NCBI RefSeq assembly: GCF_965276915.1
Contig: NZ_OZ255709.1
Span: 4,644,985-4,708,984 of the forward strand
Origin: Stappia sp.
Lineage (GTDB): Bacteria; Pseudomonadota; Alphaproteobacteria; Rhizobiales; Stappiaceae
Direction of reading: 5' to 3'
Length of the DNA stretch: 64,000 bases
How positions within the stretch are numbered: the stretch's first letter is position 1; each line of letters opens with the position of its first letter. Under the pieces are notes generated by a model. That model did not search any database. It saw only the letters and a program-made list of their open reading frames with translations, and was not told where the DNA came from. The position numbers were made by a program, and so were the translations under genes. Positions 61,892-64,000 of this stretch are shown piece after piece.

Positions 61892-63054
61892 CACGACTGA
61901 CCATCGACACCGAATACCTCGCTCAAACCCTGGAAGCGCTGCTCATGATCCCGAGCCCGACAGGCTACACGGACACGGTCGTGCGCTTCGTTTCGGCCGA
62001 GCTGGAGCGTCTCGGACTGCCGGTGGAACTGACGCGGCGCGGCGCGATCCGCACGATCCGCCGCGGCCGCGAGACCCGCGGTGCCCGGGCCCTCGTCTCC
62101 CATCTGGACACGCTCGGCGCACAGGTGAAATACCTGAAGGAGAACGGCCGCCTCGCGCTGGTTCCGATCGGCAACTGGTCGGCGCGCTTCGCCGAAGGCG
62201 CGCGCATCACCATGTTCTCGCAGTCCGGCGCCTATCGCGGCACGATCCTGTCGCTGAAATCCTCCGGCCACACCTTCAACGACGAGATCGACACCTCGCC
62301 GATCGGCTGGGACCATGTCGAACTGCGGGTCGACGCGCTGGCCTTCGGCCGCGGCGATCTCGACCGGCTCGGCATCGAGGTCGGCGACATCGTCGCCATC
62401 GACCCGCAACCGGAATTCCTGGAAAACGGCTTCATCATCTCGCGCCATCTGGACAACAAGGCCGGCGTTGCGGTCATGCTTGCCGCGCTGAAGGCGCTGA
62501 AGGAGGCCAATGTCGAGACGCCCGTCGACATCCACTGGCTCTTCACCATCGCCGAGGAAGTCGGCGTCGGCGCGTCCTCGATCATCACCCACGACGTCGC
62601 CTCGCTGATCGCGGTGGACAACGGCACCACCGCGCCGGGCCAGAACTCCAGCGAGTTCGGCGTCACCTTCTCGATGGCCGACCAGACCGGCCCCTTCGAC
62701 TACCACCTGACCAAGAAGCTCGTCGAACTCTGCCAGGAGAACGACATCCGCTACCAGAAGGACGTGTTCCGCTACTACCGCTCGGATTCGGCCAGCGCGG
62801 TTGAGGCGGGAGCCGATGTGCGCACCGCGCTGATCACCTTCGGCATCGACAGCTCGCATGGCTACGAGCGCATCCACATGCATGCGCTGCGTTCGCTCGC
62901 CGAATTGATCACTGCCTATGTGGCAAGCCCTGTCGAGATCCCGCGCGACTACGAGGAAACCGCCGGCGTCTCCGGCTTCACCCGGCAGCCGACGGCGGAG
63001 GCCGAGCAGAGCCTGACGCCCGATGCGGAAAACACCGAGATTCCGCAAGCCTGA
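61888..63054 (+). CDS. M42-family peptidase associated with the NAGGN system
   Basis: ATG 61888, ATGA-coupled to the ngg stop. M42/glutamyl-aminopeptidase-like (SHLDTLG...SRHLDNKAGV...TIAEEVG...DSSHGYER). Confidence 0.8.
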   Translation: MTRLTIDTEYLAQTLEALLMIPSPTGYTDTVVRFVSAELERLGLPVELTRRGAIRTIRRGRETRGARALVSHLDTLGAQVKYLKENGRLALVPIGNWSARFAEGARITMFSQSGAYRGTILSLKSSGHTFNDEIDTSPIGWDHVELRVDALAFGRGDLDRLGIEVGDIVAIDPQPEFLENGFIISRHLDNKAGVAVMLAALKALKEANVETPVDIHWLFTIAEEVGVGASSIITHDVASLIAVDNGTTAPGQNSSEFGVTFSMADQTGPFDYHLTKKLVELCQENDIRYQKDVFRYYRSDSASAVEAGADVRTALITFGIDSSHGYERIHMHALRSLAELITAYVASPVEIPRDYEETAGVSGFTRQPTAEAEQSLTPDAENTEIPQA

Positions 63055-63071
63055 GGCAACTGAAACTCAAA

Positions 63072-63090
63072 GGGCCGCCATTGGCGGCCC
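63072..63090. terminator. Hairpin terminator between convergent M42 (+) and DapA-like (-) genes
   Basis: gggccgcc / ggcggccc, loop att. On the minus strand it is followed by TTTGAGTTTCAGTT. Confidence 0.65.
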
Positions 63091-63116
63091 TTCACGTGTC
63101 CGTCTGCTTGCCAGCC

Positions 63117-64000
63117 TCAGAGCTTCAGCCCGCAGGCCTCGAAGGCGGCCTTCGTCGCCGCGCGCTCCGCATCCGTCAGCTGCAGCAGCGGCGGACGCAC
63201 CGGCCCGCCGACCTGGCCGAGCAGTTCCTGCCAGTATTTCTGGTGCGCCTGCGGCTTGCCGCCCGGTCGCGTCCCCCGCAGGGCCTTGCGCACCGGATCG
63301 AGGCTGGCGCTGATCTCCCGCGCCCGCGCGGCATCGCCCGCGAAAGCTGCCAGCGTGTAGTCGTGCATGCGCCGGTCGTTGGCGCTCTGCAGCAGATAGG
63401 GCGGCGAGGAGCACAGGTAGAGCTGCCATCCGAGCTCGAGAATGTTGTCGAGCCACTCCTCCTCGGAGGCGGTGGAGACCAGGATCCTGTCGCCGACCAT
63501 CTCGGTCAGCTTCACATACATCGGCCGCGGCACGCTGTACTTGATGGCCACGATATTGGGCAATTCGGCAACGCGGGCGCACAGTTCCGGGCTCATCAGG
63601 TAACCGGAATCCGGATGGCTCCACATGGCAATGCCGATGTTCACCTGCTCGCAGATCGCCTTGTAATACGCGTAGACGGTGTCATCCTGATCGGTGACGA
63701 AATTGAGCACCGGCGCATGCACGACGATGTAGTCGGCACCGACCGCCTCGGCGTGTTTCGCCAGCTCGATCACCGTGTCGAAATTCTGGTCGGAGCAGGA
63801 CATGATCGTGCCGGCCCGGCCGGACGTCTCCTCCACCGCGATCTCGAAATTGCGCTTGCGCTCGTCGAGCGACATGGAGAAGAACTCGCCCTGCTTGCCG
63901 GCGATGAACAGGCCGGCAATGCCGAGGTCGTCCACCCAGTGGCGGATATTGGCCCTCAAGCCTGCCTCATTGAACGAGAAATCCTCGTTGAAGGGATTGA
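63117..64000 (-). CDS. Dihydrodipicolinate synthase/N-acetylneuraminate lyase (DapA) family protein, 5' end outside the window
   Basis: GLFIAGKQGEFFSMSLDERK...ADYIVVHAPV...IVAIKYS is the DapA-family class I aldolase pattern. The frame stays open to position 64000. Confidence 0.75.
   Translation of the reverse strand, partial: NPFNEDFSFNEAGLRANIRHWVDDLGIAGLFIAGKQGEFFSMSLDERKRNFEIAVEETSGRAGTIMSCSDQNFDTVIELAKHAEAVGADYIVVHAPVLNFVTDQDDTVYAYYKAICEQVNIGIAMWSHPDSGYLMSPELCARVAELPNIVAIKYSVPRPMYVKLTEMVGDRILVSTASEEEWLDNILELGWQLYLCSSPPYLLQSANDRRMHDYTLAAFAGDAARAREISASLDPVRKALRGTRPGGKPQAHQKYWQELLGQVGGPVRPPLLQLTDAERAATKAAFEACGLKL

Noticed and set aside
58151-61894. 1247-aa minus-strand ORF
   Set aside because: It is antisense to asnO and ngg, which have clear catalytic motifs (MCGIAG, PP-loop, GNAT, ATP-grasp). 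Its composition is typical of a GC-rich shadow frame.

Overview
This is a GC-rich segment with alphaproteobacterial (Rhizobiales/Rhodobacterales-type) gene content, from a chromosome or megaplasmid. It carries about 57 protein-coding genes in tight, often start/stop-overlapping operons. I found no rRNA or tRNA genes, CRISPR arrays, transposases, integrases or phage genes. In order: (1) a GntR-controlled Liv-type ABC importer with two paralogous aldo/keto reductases (one fused to a RidA domain), a TIGR04076 protein and a DUF4440 protein. (2) A FadR-type-regulated Dpp/Opp-type peptide ABC operon carrying a signal-less GGT-family hydrolase, a DUF1028 Ntn-hydrolase and two glycosyltransferases (GT25 and an LH3/PLOD-like GT-A). 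(3) An orphan BKACE gene. (4) A small periplasmic Mo-cofactor-domain-like protein plus a GGDEF-EAL membrane protein. (5) A form-II CO-dehydrogenase-like coxG-S-L-M operon with repeat-filled spacers. (6) A FIST sensor plus hybrid histidine kinase, a LuxR-type response regulator and an FkbM methyltransferase. (7) A complete C-P lyase phosphonate locus: phnF divergent from phnGHIJKL-acetyltransferase-phnCDEE-DUF1045-phnMN. (8) A YiaW/YiaV-like membrane pair divergent from a Tat-signal type-II-like sulfide:quinone oxidoreductase. (9) A doe-like ectoine-catabolism cluster. (10) MarR plus the asnO-ngg-M42 NAGGN osmoprotectant cluster. (11) A partial DapA-family gene. The most striking unexplained structure is a set of short (8-30 nt) tandem-repeat arrays in intergenic spacers. 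Several of them duplicate the last codons plus stop codon of minus-strand genes, and one fills a 550-nt spacer inside the cox operon. I could not demonstrate a defence-like or clearly novel multi-gene system. The best candidate for unexplored biology is the glycosyltransferase-bearing peptide-uptake/Ntn-hydrolase operon. All product calls come from motif and family recognition by eye, not from database searches.
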